Origin: an uncultured Pelagibacteraceae bacterium
GTDB taxonomy: Bacteria > Pseudomonadota > Alphaproteobacteria > Pelagibacterales > Pelagibacteraceae
NCBI GenBank assembly: GCA_902588585.1
Contig: CACIPQ010000002.1
Location: 28,911 to 92,910, forward strand
Direction of reading: 5' to 3'
Length of the DNA stretch: 64,000 nucleotides
Shown here: positions 35,514 through 45,387 of the stretch, one piece after another
Position numbering within the stretch: the stretch's first letter is position 1
How the letters are laid out: every line of letters begins with the position of its first letter
The notes under the pieces: model-generated
What the model saw: only the letters and a program-made list of their open reading frames with translations
Databases searched by the model: none
What the model was told of the DNA's origin: nothing
Position numbers and translations under genes: made by a program

Positions 35514-38351
35514 CTAGTTACTCCTCAAAAAACTTTCCGATATTCTGTATAACTTAGTTGCGTTTGAACCTTTGATCATTAAAAAATCTCCATTTTGTAA
35601 AATCTTTGAAATCGTATTATCGAATGACTTAAAATTATTAATAATTTCTCCTCTTTTATTTTTTCTCAAAAATTTATATGCCTTGGTTGCCCTTTCTCCA
35701 TAAACAAAAGTTTTATCAATATCACTATTATTTATAAATTTTGAGATCTTTTTGTGGTAAATATGTGAATTCTTGCCTAATTCCATCATATCCCCAAAAA
35801 GGAAATATTTTTTCTTACCTTTCTTTTTGATATTTGAAAAGTTTTCTACCGCAGATTTAACGGATAAAGGGTTTGCATTATAACTTTCATCTATCAAAAA
35901 GAAGCTTTTGCCAAATTTATTAACCCTTTTAATTTTTCCCCTTCCTTTTAAAGGTTTCTGTGTATTAAAAAAATTCTTTATATTTCTTAAGTTTAAACCT
36001 AAGTCACTCAAAACGGCCACGCAGCAGAGTGCATTCATTATATAATTCCTATTAACACTATTAATTTTGAATAACATACTTTCTCGATTTACAGATAATT
36101 TTAGATTGTAGTTTTTTTTACTTTTTTTCAAACTTAAAAATCTTACATCGGCTTTTTTTGAATAACCAAAAGACCTTACTTTAATATTATTTTTTCTTGC
36201 AATTTTCTTAAAATAATTAAAAAATTTATCATCCTTGTTTAGGATAATGGTTCCATCTTTTTGAATATTATAAATAATTTCACTTTTTGCTTTTGCTATA
36301 TCTCGAATACTTTTGAAGTTTTCCAAATGAGCTTCTGAAATATTAGTTATTATTCCTATTTCTGGCTTAACCATAGACGAAAGTCTAAAAATTTCTTTGA
36401 AATTACTCATCCCGACTTCAAAAACTCCAAATTTATGTTTGGGCTCAATATTGCATAAGCTTAGAGGAACCCCGTAATGATTATTATATGACTGTGGTGA
36501 GAAATAAGTTTTTGAATATCTGTTTAATAAATCTCCCAACATCGTTTTTACAGTAGTTTTCCCTACGCTTCCCGTAACAGCTATAAATTTAGCAGAGGAT
36601 ACGTCACGTTTATTTTGTGCTAAACTTTTTAAAAAATTCATAGTACTGCCAACCCTAATAAGTTTATATTTTTTCTTAATATTTTTTGATACAACGCAAT
36701 GGCTTGCCCCTTTTTTTATTGCTTCATTTAAAAAGTTATGTCCATCTTTATTTTTTCCCTTAATAGCAATAAACAAGTTTTGATTTTTTATCTTTTTTGA
36801 ATTTATAGAGGCGCCATCAAAAAAATAGCTTTTTTTATTGTTTAAAACTTTTTTTATAATAGCGCTGTTATATTTTAAATCATTTTTTTTCTCACTGATC
36901 TTTCTAGTATTAAAATTTCTTATAATTTTTTTATCACTAAAAAAAATTTTTCTTTTTCCTAAATCCTGATATGTTTCGTGTCCTTTGCCGGCTATTAAAA
37001 TAATTTCATATGGATCTGAATTTTTTAGAGCCTGAATAATTGCTTTTTTTCTACCTGGGATTTCTTTTATTTTAGATCCTTTAGTGCCCTTTATTATTTC
37101 TTTTCTTATTTTTTTAGAGCTCTCATTTCTTGGATTATCATCTGTAACATATATTTTTTCACAAAGATCTTTGGCTATTTTACCCATTAATTTTCTTTTT
37201 GATCTATCTCTTTCGCCGCCACATCCAAAAACAACAGTAATTTTTTTTTGAAAATGCTCTTGCAAAGAAAGTATGGCGTTTCTTAATGCTTCTGGGGTAT
37301 GTGCATAATCTAAAAAAACTTTTGATCGATTGGGTAAATTTTTTATTAGCTCTAATCTACCATCAACACTTTTAATTTTTTTTATTCTTTTAAATATATT
37401 TTGAATATTTAAACCGCAATTTTTACAAGCCAAAATAGCCATTAATAAATTTTTTATTTGTATTGAGCCGTATAAATTTATCTTTAAATTATAAATTTTT
37501 TTATTGTATTCAATTCTTAAAAACTGAAAATTATTGAAAATTTTATGATTTAAAATTTTAAAGGTGTTTCCTGAATTTCCAATGCTAAGAAGTTTTAAAC
37601 TTCTTTTTTCTTGTATGCTCTTTAGTATATTGTATTGCTTAATTTCAGAATCGGTGATTATGGTAGTTTTTTTTTTCAAAATTTTTTTAAACAAAATCAA
37701 TTTTGAAGAAAAATAATCTTTCATATTCTTGTGGTAATCTAAATGGTCATGACTTAGATTTGTAAAAATTCCAGATTTAACATTCAAAAAATCTAATCTT
37801 TTTTGTTTAAGGCCATGGCTGGAAGCCTCAATTATAACATTATCTATTTTAGATTTTTTCATTTCATATAAATCTTTATGTAAATTCAATGAATCCAAAG
37901 TGGTAAGCTCTCTTTTTTTTAAACGATCATTTTTTTTAAAACCAAGAGTTCCTAGTAATCCTACTCGTTTTTTTTGTATTCTAAAAATTTGATGAAAAAA
38001 ATCTGATATTGATGTTTTTCCATTTGTACCGGTTACAGCAATAATATTTTTTGGTTTTTTCTTATAATATTTAGAAGAAATCTCTGCTAGCTTAGTTCTG
38101 GTATCTTTAACTTTTATTAACTTTGCGTTTTTATATTTTTTTTTTAGGAATCCTGAATAAATTATAACTTTGGCTCCTTTGAGGTAAGCTTGGTCTATAT
38201 ACTTATTTCCATCAAACTTATTTCCTTTGATAGAAACAAATATCTCTCCCTTTTTTACATTTCTGCTGTCTGATGATATCCCCTTAATTATTTCGTTACC
38301 AATTTTAGAGCTTGAGTTATCAATCAGATTTTTTAACAACATAGTTGTCAT
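35514..38351 (-). CDS. murE/murF: Fused MurE-MurF (m-DAP-adding enzyme plus D-Ala-D-Ala-adding enzyme) in one 945-aa ORF
   Basis: The N-terminal half has AVTGTNGKTS and DDNPRNE (MurE). The C-terminal half has AVTGSVGKTT and MurF-like layout. No stop codon interrupts the frame in the track ORF. Confidence 0.85.
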   Translation of the reverse strand: MTTMLLKNLIDNSSSKIGNEIIKGISSDSRNVKKGEIFVSIKGNKFDGNKYIDQAYLKGAKVIIYSGFLKKKYKNAKLIKVKDTRTKLAEISSKYYKKKPKNIIAVTGTNGKTSISDFFHQIFRIQKKRVGLLGTLGFKKNDRLKKRELTTLDSLNLHKDLYEMKKSKIDNVIIEASSHGLKQKRLDFLNVKSGIFTNLSHDHLDYHKNMKDYFSSKLILFKKILKKKTTIITDSEIKQYNILKSIQEKRSLKLLSIGNSGNTFKILNHKIFNNFQFLRIEYNKKIYNLKINLYGSIQIKNLLMAILACKNCGLNIQNIFKRIKKIKSVDGRLELIKNLPNRSKVFLDYAHTPEALRNAILSLQEHFQKKITVVFGCGGERDRSKRKLMGKIAKDLCEKIYVTDDNPRNESSKKIRKEIIKGTKGSKIKEIPGRKKAIIQALKNSDPYEIILIAGKGHETYQDLGKRKIFFSDKKIIRNFNTRKISEKKNDLKYNSAIIKKVLNNKKSYFFDGASINSKKIKNQNLFIAIKGKNKDGHNFLNEAIKKGASHCVVSKNIKKKYKLIRVGSTMNFLKSLAQNKRDVSSAKFIAVTGSVGKTTVKTMLGDLLNRYSKTYFSPQSYNNHYGVPLSLCNIEPKHKFGVFEVGMSNFKEIFRLSSMVKPEIGIITNISEAHLENFKSIRDIAKAKSEIIYNIQKDGTIILNKDDKFFNYFKKIARKNNIKVRSFGYSKKADVRFLSLKKSKKNYNLKLSVNRESMLFKINSVNRNYIMNALCCVAVLSDLGLNLRNIKNFFNTQKPLKGRGKIKRVNKFGKSFFLIDESYNANPLSVKSAVENFSNIKKKGKKKYFLFGDMMELGKNSHIYHKKISKFINNSDIDKTFVYGERATKAYKFLRKNKRGEIINNFKSFDNTISKILQNGDFLMIKGSNATKLYRISESFLRSN

Positions 38352-40041
38352 GAAAATCGTTTTTATTTATGGCTAAAATAGGTCCAATTTTTTCTATAAT
38401 TTTGCCTGCCGCATAAGCTGAATTCCAGCCAGATTCATTTCTTTTGATACCTGAAATTTGTTTTCCTCTATAATTATAAACCAGTTGAGGTGCTGCCTTT
38501 GGTTCATCCAGCAAAACCAGTAGAATATATTTTGGATCTATCGTTGGAAATACTGATATAAAAGAAGTTAATTTTTTATTCGTGTATTTTCCATTAATAT
38601 TTTTGTTTGCTGTACCGGTCTTCCCGCCAACATAATAACCGTCTACTTCTGCTAGTGAGGCAGTACCATTATTATTTGTTACAACTTCCCTTAGGATAGA
38701 ATTGATTTGTTTGCTGGTTTTAGAGTCAACTATTCTTACTTTTTCTAAGTTAAAACTTTTATTTTTAACCAATGTTGGGCTAACTAGGTTTCCGCTCGAA
38801 ATTGAAGCATAAGCGGCAACAGCTTGTAATGGAGTGGTAGTTATACCGTGACCATAAGAAACTGTTTCTAATTTACATTTATTCCAAGAAAATTTTAAAG
38901 GAGACCCAATTTCATCTAATTCGAAGTCAATTGTATTCAACAAGTTAAGATCTTCTAAAAATGTCCTTAACTTACTCTCCCCAATTTTTCTGGCTACCTT
39001 TATAGTTCCAATGTTTGAAGATCTTACTAAAATCTGTTTTAAACTTAAGTTGCCCGGCATTTCATCATGTTCTGTTATAGTATATTTTGAACATTTAATT
39101 TCATCAGGAATATTTTTAATTACCGTGTTCGGAGAAAATAGACCATTTTCCATTGCCAAAGCTATTGTAAATGTTTTGAATATCGAACCTAATTCAAAAA
39201 CACCTTTTGTTATCTTGTTGGTAAAATTTTTATCTTTAATTTCTTGACGTTTATTTAAATTATAATCTGGCAAAGAGATTAGAGATAATATCTCGCCAGT
39301 CTTCGCATCCATTAATACGCTTGCAGCACCTTTTGCGCTAAAATCCGAAATTGATTGAAGAAGTTCTTCTCTAATTAAATACTGTAAATTTATATCAAGT
39401 GAGAGGTTCAATGATTTACCCTCAGCATTTTTAAGATTTTTATCAAAATATTTTTCTACACCGGAAATTCCGTTATTATCTAAATCTATTTGACCAACTA
39501 CGTGACTGAACAAATTTTTATGCGGATATATCCTGGTTTGCGTTGTTTCAAACAGTAAACCTTTCTCGCCTAAAGACCACAGCCTGTTTCTTTCATCCTG
39601 AGAAATATTTTTTTTTAAATAAAAATATTTATTTTTTTTTAAATTATTTTCAAAAGTTAAATAGTCTAATTCAGGATAAAGTAATTTTATTTTTATTAAA
39701 AATTTTTTTTTGTCTTTAATTAAATTAGGTTTTATACCAGCATGATAAACTAGAACATTTCTTGCTATTGGATCTCCATTTCTGTCTAGGATATCGTTCC
39801 TAATAGTTTGAAAAACTGGATAGTTTTTAACATAATTTTTTGATTCTAAATTTTTTAAAGAAATAAAAAAAATTTTAGTTGCAAAAATAAATATTAAGCA
39901 AAAAAATACAAAAAAAAGTAAATAAACTCTATCTTGATTTATAATTAATTTTTCATTTTTAATTTTATTAATTATATAATGATCGTAGTCTTGAAAATAG
40001 AAACTTCTTTTATTCGTTTTTTTATTTTTATCTTCCTTCAT
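38320..40041 (-). CDS. ftsI: Division transpeptidase FtsI (PBP3)
   Basis: SxxK (GSIFK), SSN (VRSSNIG) and KTGT (GKTGTA) motifs, with an N-terminal TM anchor. Confidence 0.9.
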   Translation of the reverse strand: MKEDKNKKTNKRSFYFQDYDHYIINKIKNEKLIINQDRVYLLFFVFFCLIFIFATKIFFISLKNLESKNYVKNYPVFQTIRNDILDRNGDPIARNVLVYHAGIKPNLIKDKKKFLIKIKLLYPELDYLTFENNLKKNKYFYLKKNISQDERNRLWSLGEKGLLFETTQTRIYPHKNLFSHVVGQIDLDNNGISGVEKYFDKNLKNAEGKSLNLSLDINLQYLIREELLQSISDFSAKGAASVLMDAKTGEILSLISLPDYNLNKRQEIKDKNFTNKITKGVFELGSIFKTFTIALAMENGLFSPNTVIKNIPDEIKCSKYTITEHDEMPGNLSLKQILVRSSNIGTIKVARKIGESKLRTFLEDLNLLNTIDFELDEIGSPLKFSWNKCKLETVSYGHGITTTPLQAVAAYASISSGNLVSPTLVKNKSFNLEKVRIVDSKTSKQINSILREVVTNNNGTASLAEVDGYYVGGKTGTANKNINGKYTNKKLTSFISVFPTIDPKYILLVLLDEPKAAPQLVYNYRGKQISGIKRNESGWNSAYAAGKIIEKIGPILAINKNDFHDNYVVKKSD

Positions 40042-40360
40042 GTAAAGTTTTTTTAATTAATTTAGTTTCTTTTAAACTTTGGCTTAAAAATTGGTTTGTA
40101 GAATGAAATATTTTTGAATAATCATAGGTAGAATAGTCCTTTTTTTTGAGAACTATTAAATATTGTTTAAGTTGTGCAGGACTTGAAAGATATACAAAAT
40201 CAGTTTCTGCATCACTTAATTGTTTTTTTAAAACAACAATTTCTTTATTGGTTTTATTGATTTTTTTTTCTAAACTTCTTGTTCTATTTTTAACTGTAGA
40301 TGTAAAAATCATTAAAATTAAAAAAATACTAAGAGAAGTTATCAATGATTTTTTAAACAT
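40028..40360 (-). CDS. ftsL: Cell-division protein FtsL-like
   Basis: 110 aa with a TM helix followed by a coiled coil, between rsmH and ftsI. Confidence 0.6.
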   Translation of the reverse strand: MFKKSLITSLSIFLILMIFTSTVKNRTRSLEKKINKTNKEIVVLKKQLSDAETDFVYLSSPAQLKQYLIVLKKKDYSTYDYSKIFHSTNQFLSQSLKETKLIKKTLHEGR

Positions 40361-41366
40361 GTTTATTCTCCAAATTGAGGTAATTCATAAATTTTTTTTT
40401 AAATTCTTTTGGATAAAAGAAATCATCCTGACTCCTTGTTGCAAATCTCAGTTTTGCAGATCTTGAGGGATTGTTTTCTTTTAATTCTTTTTGACCCGGT
40501 CTGATAATTTGATTCCTGTAATTTTCAAATAAAGGTTTTTCCTTGTATAATTCTGGATAATATCTTGATGATCTAGATTTATTTTTTGAATAATTTGTGA
40601 AAAAAAATTTTACTATTTTGTCCTCTATAGAGTGAAAAGTAATAACAATTATTTTTCCTCCAACTTTGATAGCTTCGGTTGCGCTTATCAAACCATTTAT
40701 TAACTCTGTTAATTCCTTATTTACAAAAATTCTAATAGCCTGGAATGTCTGGGTTGAAATATTAATCTTTTTCTTAAAGTCTTTCTTTTTGCTTTTTTTT
40801 ATTATTTCTACAAGATCCGGGATAGACGAAATTGGTCTTTTTTTTCTTTCTTTGACAATATTCGTCGCAATTCGAAAGCTATCTTTTTCTTCCCCAAGAA
40901 ATTTAAGAATATCATTTAAAGTGTCTAAGCTAAAATTGTTTAAAACTTCATGAGCTGTAATTGTATTTAAACCCATTCCCATATCAGCTTTGCCTTTTGA
41001 ATTAAAAGAAAAACCCCTATTTAGATTAAAAATTTGTAAAGAAGAAACGCCAAGATCAAATATTATAAAATCAAATTTTTTTTTATTTTCAACGACCTTA
41101 TTTAATTCACTAAACTTATTAGTATGAAATGAAAAACGATCCTTGTAAAACTTTGCAGTTTTTTTAACATATTGTTGGGTTTCAGAGTCTCTATCTAGAG
41201 CAACAACTTTGGTTTTTGGAAAAGACAATATTGCATTGCTATAACCTCCAGAGCCAAATGTACAATCAGCGAAATTTCCACCTTTTTCTGGCTCACAAAT
41301 TTTTAAAACCTGATCTAACATTACCGGGTAATGTGTTAGCAGTTTGGGAGATGAAAGATCTTTCAT
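40353..41366 (-). CDS. rsmH: 16S rRNA m4C1402 methyltransferase
   Basis: HYPVML, DCTFGSGGYS and DLGVSS motifs. Confidence 0.9.
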   Translation of the reverse strand: MKDLSSPKLLTHYPVMLDQVLKICEPEKGGNFADCTFGSGGYSNAILSFPKTKVVALDRDSETQQYVKKTAKFYKDRFSFHTNKFSELNKVVENKKKFDFIIFDLGVSSLQIFNLNRGFSFNSKGKADMGMGLNTITAHEVLNNFSLDTLNDILKFLGEEKDSFRIATNIVKERKKRPISSIPDLVEIIKKSKKKDFKKKINISTQTFQAIRIFVNKELTELINGLISATEAIKVGGKIIVITFHSIEDKIVKFFFTNYSKNKSRSSRYYPELYKEKPLFENYRNQIIRPGQKELKENNPSRSAKLRFATRSQDDFFYPKEFKKKFMNYLNLENKHV

Positions 41367-41380
41367 CTTTCCTAAAATCT

Positions 41381-42856
41381 TTAAAACTTTTGTTTGCGCA
41401 AAAACGCAGGTATTTCAAATTCTTCTTCTTCGTTTTTGAAAGTTTCATTTGCATTATCTTCTGATGAAGCTACAGAATTTTCTTCATCAGAAAATAATTG
41501 GGGGACACCGTCATCCTGGGAGGCATCTGCCTCTGGAATATTATTAGACTTTTGCTCATAAACAGAAATGTTATCAATTACGACTTCTTCTAACTCTTCA
41601 TCTTTATGCTTATGGTCATAATTTAGATTGTTTTCAAAATAGGCTGCGTTATCCAGAGATATTCCTGGATCTACATTTGTTTCCTTGTTTAATTCATTTT
41701 CCCTTGTAATTAAAGTTTCAGGATTAGTTTGAACTTCATTATCTAGCTTTAAAGCTGTCGCTCCCTGAATAGAATCCAGACTCGGTGATTCCGGTATATT
41801 GCTAGTAGTTGAAGTATTGGTTTCAGAATATCCGGAATTTCTATTATGAATTCTGTGAACCATATTAACAACGGATTTTGATTCTGGAGCTTCTCCATCT
41901 AGAGCCGTGGCTACAATAGATACTCTCATTTTTCCGCTTAAGTTTTCATCTTTGATCGCTCCAAATATAAGCTCTGCTTCCGGATCAACTTCTGCTCTTA
42001 TTTTGTTCACTGCCTGATCAACTTCAAACAACTTAATATCTTCTCCACCAGTTATATTTACAAGTAATCCCTTGGCACCTTTTAAAGAGTAATCATCAAT
42101 TAAAGGGTTGTTTAAAGCTAATTCTGTTGCTGCTATAGCTCTATTTTCTCCATCTGCCTCGCCAGTTCCCATCATGGCTTTGCCCATAGAACTCATTACA
42201 GTTTCAACATCCGCAAAATCTAGATTAATTAATCCTGGTCTAACCATTAGGTCGGTTATGCTTCTAACGCCATGTTTTAAAACATCGTTTGATAATGAAA
42301 AAGATTTTTCAAAAGTTGTGGACTCATTAGCAATTTTGAAAAGGTTTTGATTTGGAACAACAATTGATGCATCCAAATGTCTCTTCAAATGACTCCATCC
42401 TTCCATAGCTCTTCTCATTCTTTTTGGTCCTTCATAAGAAAATGGTAATGTAATTACACCAACTGTTAATATATTTAATTCCTTAGCAGCTCTTGCAATA
42501 ACATGTGATGCGCCAGTTCCTGTTCCTCCACCCATTCCAGCAGTAATAAAAACCATATTGGCTCCTTGTAAATAGGTTACTATTTCATTTAAAGATTCAT
42601 CAGCTGCAGCTTGACCAATATCATGTTTTGCTCCCGCACCAAGACCTTTGGTCAAATTCATTCCTATTTGAATTTTCGCATCAGCATTATTTACTTTGAG
42701 ATCCTGAGCATCTGTATTAACGGCCACAAACTCAACGCCTTGCATCCCATCTTCAATCATTGCATTAATTGCATTTCCTCCTGCTCCGCCAATTCCCATT
42801 ACTAAAATCCTTGGCTTTAATTCTTTTAGTTCTCCACCACCAATATTAATCGTCAT
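41381..42856 (-). CDS. ftsZ: Cell-division GTPase FtsZ
   Basis: GIGGAGGNAIN and GGGTGTGA tubulin signatures. A long acidic linker is followed by the conserved C-terminal peptide EIPAFLRKQ. Confidence 0.95.
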   Translation of the reverse strand: MTINIGGGELKELKPRILVMGIGGAGGNAINAMIEDGMQGVEFVAVNTDAQDLKVNNADAKIQIGMNLTKGLGAGAKHDIGQAAADESLNEIVTYLQGANMVFITAGMGGGTGTGASHVIARAAKELNILTVGVITLPFSYEGPKRMRRAMEGWSHLKRHLDASIVVPNQNLFKIANESTTFEKSFSLSNDVLKHGVRSITDLMVRPGLINLDFADVETVMSSMGKAMMGTGEADGENRAIAATELALNNPLIDDYSLKGAKGLLVNITGGEDIKLFEVDQAVNKIRAEVDPEAELIFGAIKDENLSGKMRVSIVATALDGEAPESKSVVNMVHRIHNRNSGYSETNTSTTSNIPESPSLDSIQGATALKLDNEVQTNPETLITRENELNKETNVDPGISLDNAAYFENNLNYDHKHKDEELEEVVIDNISVYEQKSNNIPEADASQDDGVPQLFSDEENSVASSEDNANETFKNEEEEFEIPAFLRKQKF

Positions 42857-43317
42857 ACTCCCTCCTTTTTAAATTTATTGTCCCACTTTAAAGCTGATCT
42901 ATTAATATAAGATTTCTTTCTTGCAACAGACTTGAAATTTTCAAATAATTTAGGATTCCAAATTTGAAAAACTTTTCCTAAACCTACAAAAACAACATTG
43001 GATTTAATTTTGGCATGCTTTAATAATTTTTCTGGAATTGATACTCTGCCCTCACTATCAAAGTTTAGGCTTATACTTTCTGAAAGAACAGATGTTGCAA
43101 AGTAATCTCTTTTATCTTCGAATGGTCCTAATGAATCTATGCTTTCTGAAAGTTTTTCAATTCTGTCTTGTGCACAACCGTCAAGGGCAGCATGATTGAA
43201 AGAAGGATAGGTAATAAATCCGTTGTATCCCATAGAATTTAGATAAGCTCTAAAACTAGATGGCACGGACACCCTTCCCTTTTTGTCTAATCTGTTCTCG
43301 TAATTTGACAAAAACAT
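42853..43317 (-). CDS. mraZ: Transcriptional regulator MraZ
   Basis: Two SpoVT/AbrB-like repeats, each with a DxxGR motif (LDKKGRVSVP and DSEGRVSIP), in a 154-aa protein. Confidence 0.9.
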   Translation of the reverse strand: MFLSNYENRLDKKGRVSVPSSFRAYLNSMGYNGFITYPSFNHAALDGCAQDRIEKLSESIDSLGPFEDKRDYFATSVLSESISLNFDSEGRVSIPEKLLKHAKIKSNVVFVGLGKVFQIWNPKLFENFKSVARKKSYINRSALKWDNKFKKEGV

Positions 43318-43357
43318 GTTTCATCTTTCTCCCTAAATCTCCCAACTATCTCGTATT

Positions 43358-43382
43358 TGGGAATTCATGGGATAGTATGGGT
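43358..43382. promoter_or_regulatory. Three TGGGN pentamers at exact 10-bp phasing (candidate MraZ operator)
   Basis: TGGGA at 43358-62, TGGGA at 43368-72 and TGGGT at 43378-82, read on the + strand. They overlap the predicted mraZ -10 element. This matches my recollection of E. coli MraZ boxes as TGGGN repeats with 5-nt spacers. Confidence 0.45.
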
Positions 43383-43400
43383 ATATTAAAGTATAGTCAA
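43372..43400 (-). promoter_or_regulatory. Candidate sigma-70 promoter of the dcw operon
   Basis: The minus strand reads TTGACT (43400-43395), a 17-nt spacer, then TACTAT (43377-43372), about 55 nt upstream of the mraZ ATG. Confidence 0.45.
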
Positions 43401-43471
43401 TACCTATTTATTAACCGTTGAATGTTGATCGCAGAGTTTTTGTAGATACAAAACATGAACATTTAGGACGG

Positions 43472-43830
43472 AAAAGCTAGGCAATCTTTAAGCCGGGTTC
43501 TGTCATTTAAGATGTCATTTATCTAGATTTAAGTTCGCACTTAAATTCAAGCGACTAACCCTGATGACTAACTAAAGACTGTTTTTAGCTTACGCAGTGT
43601 CATCTCTTTTTAGTCTTGCTCCCAGTGGGGTTTGCCGTGCGTTTTTTGTTACCAAAAAACCGGTGTGCTCTTACCACACCGTTTCACCCTTGCCTTGATC
43701 AGGCGGTCTATTCTCTGTGGCACTATCCCTAAGGTCACCCTCGCCAGCCATTAGCTGGCACCGTGTCTTTATGGAGCCCGGACTTTCCTCCACTAATTTA
43801 AAGTGGCGACAATCCAATTGCCTAGCGATT
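43472..43830 (-). ncRNA. rnpB: RNase P RNA, bacterial type A
   Basis: The minus strand contains GGAAAGTCCGGGCTCC (43788-43773), AGGGTGAAACGGTGTGGTAAGAGCACACC and ACAGAACCCGGCTTA (43503-43489). P1 pairing is gctaggcaat/attgcctagc at the two ends. Ends are uncertain by about 10 nt. Confidence 0.9.
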
Positions 43831-43857
43831 ACTGCTATAATACCTGTGTAGCAAAAA

Positions 43858-44601
43858 TCAAGTTATATTTGATTTTTTGGCTAAAATTTCACTAATTTTA
43901 AGGGTTTCTAAGTCTAAAATACCATCTACCCTATTTTGTCTATATCTTCTTTGAAAGTTTTTTATTATTTTATTTTTAAATTTCCTCTTTAAATAACGAT
44001 AACCAATTCTCCTTAGGTTCTTAAATAATTTTTCAATATTATCATTTTTTTCCCATCTATTTTCCCCTACTATTTTCAGAGCATAAATCCCAATACCCTT
44101 TGATGATAAATAACCCCAAGGAAATTTTTCACCAGGATCTATTTTTCTTAACGGGGCAATATCCGAATGCCCTAGAATAAATTTGTTTTTAATCTTGTAT
44201 TTTCTTTTGAGATTTCTGCAAAGATCAATCAATTTTTTTATTTGTATTTTGGGAAAAGCCTGATAGCCATATCTGTGACCCTTGTTTACAAGCTCAATTC
44301 CTATAGAGTTTTTATTTAGGTTTTTATATTTTCCCCACATTGATTTTCCAGCATGCCAAGCTATGTTTTGATCTTTAACTAATCTTAAAATTTTTCCTCT
44401 TCTGTTAATCAGATAATGACAGCTAACTTTTGATTGCAGTGAAGTAAGTCTTTTAATAGATTCGCGTTCTGATTGCATTCCTGTATAATGAATTATAATT
44501 AATTTTATACTTTTATTGCTGCGTTTTTTTTGATTAAAATTTGGAGAATAAAATTTGGCAATTTCCATAAAAAACATATATATCATAAAAAAATGGTTCA
44601 A
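43858..44601 (-). CDS. N-acetylmuramoyl-L-alanine amidase (AmpD/amidase_2) with C-terminal peptidoglycan-binding-like domain
   Basis: IIIHYTGM, WHAGKS and SIGIELVN blocks, with a C-terminal FQRRYRQNRVDGILDLET segment. The true start may be the internal Met at 44568 (MEIAKFYSPNF). Confidence 0.8.
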   Translation of the reverse strand: MNHFFMIYMFFMEIAKFYSPNFNQKKRSNKSIKLIIIHYTGMQSERESIKRLTSLQSKVSCHYLINRRGKILRLVKDQNIAWHAGKSMWGKYKNLNKNSIGIELVNKGHRYGYQAFPKIQIKKLIDLCRNLKRKYKIKNKFILGHSDIAPLRKIDPGEKFPWGYLSSKGIGIYALKIVGENRWEKNDNIEKLFKNLRRIGYRYLKRKFKNKIIKNFQRRYRQNRVDGILDLETLKISEILAKKSNIT

Positions 44602-45378
44602 AAACGTATAAAAATAATAGTATGCGCAATAGCTTTGGTGCTGACTTTTTCATCGCACACCTTTGCCAAGGAGAAGTATAGTGCTAACGAATGTTTTGAA
44701 AAATTCAGTAGAGGTACACTAAAATTTAATCAAGCCTTGGATAAAGTAATTTTTAAGCCAATAGCTAAAGGTTACAGAGCTTTACCCGTTCCTATACGTA
44801 CAGGCTCTAGCAATTTTGTAGGAAATTTACGATCATTATTAACGTTATCAAATAATGTTTTGCAAGGAGATTTGAGAGGCGCTGGTAATACAGCAGGAAG
44901 ATTTGTTGTAAATAGCACGGTTGGTATTTTAGGAGTTTTTGACCCAGCATCAAAAATGGGATTAGAAAAGAGAAGCAGAGAAGATTTTGGTCAAACCTTG
45001 GGAGTTTGGGGTGCTGATACCGGATGTTATTTTGTATTACCTATATTAGGTCCAACCACAACAAGAGATGCGGTAGGACTTGTGGGAAATGTTTTTATTG
45101 ATCCAATATATCAACTAACGCACAACACTGAAACAGATGTGTTTGTTGGCAATGACAATTTACAAGAACACAATTATTATATTTATAAAGGAACGGACGC
45201 TGTAGACTTTAGATCAAAAAACATTGAATCAATTGATAGCTTAGAAAAAAATTCAATAGATTTCTATGCGTCAGTTAAAAGTTTATATCTACAAAACAGA
45301 GCCCAAAAAATAAATAACTCCCCGATCGCGGACAAAGGTCAAGATGACAGCGATTGGGAAGAAATAGATAACCAGTAA
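44593..45378 (+). CDS. mlaA: MlaA/VacJ-family outer-membrane lipid-asymmetry protein
   Basis: A signal peptide followed by LGPTTTRD and other VacJ-like blocks. The start is trimmed to the ATG at 44593 (MVQKRIKIIV...). Confidence 0.8.
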   Translation: MVQKRIKIIVCAIALVLTFSSHTFAKEKYSANECFEKFSRGTLKFNQALDKVIFKPIAKGYRALPVPIRTGSSNFVGNLRSLLTLSNNVLQGDLRGAGNTAGRFVVNSTVGILGVFDPASKMGLEKRSREDFGQTLGVWGADTGCYFVLPILGPTTTRDAVGLVGNVFIDPIYQLTHNTETDVFVGNDNLQEHNYYIYKGTDAVDFRSKNIESIDSLEKNSIDFYASVKSLYLQNRAQKINNSPIADKGQDDSDWEEIDNQ

Positions 45379-45387
45379 AAGTCTAGT

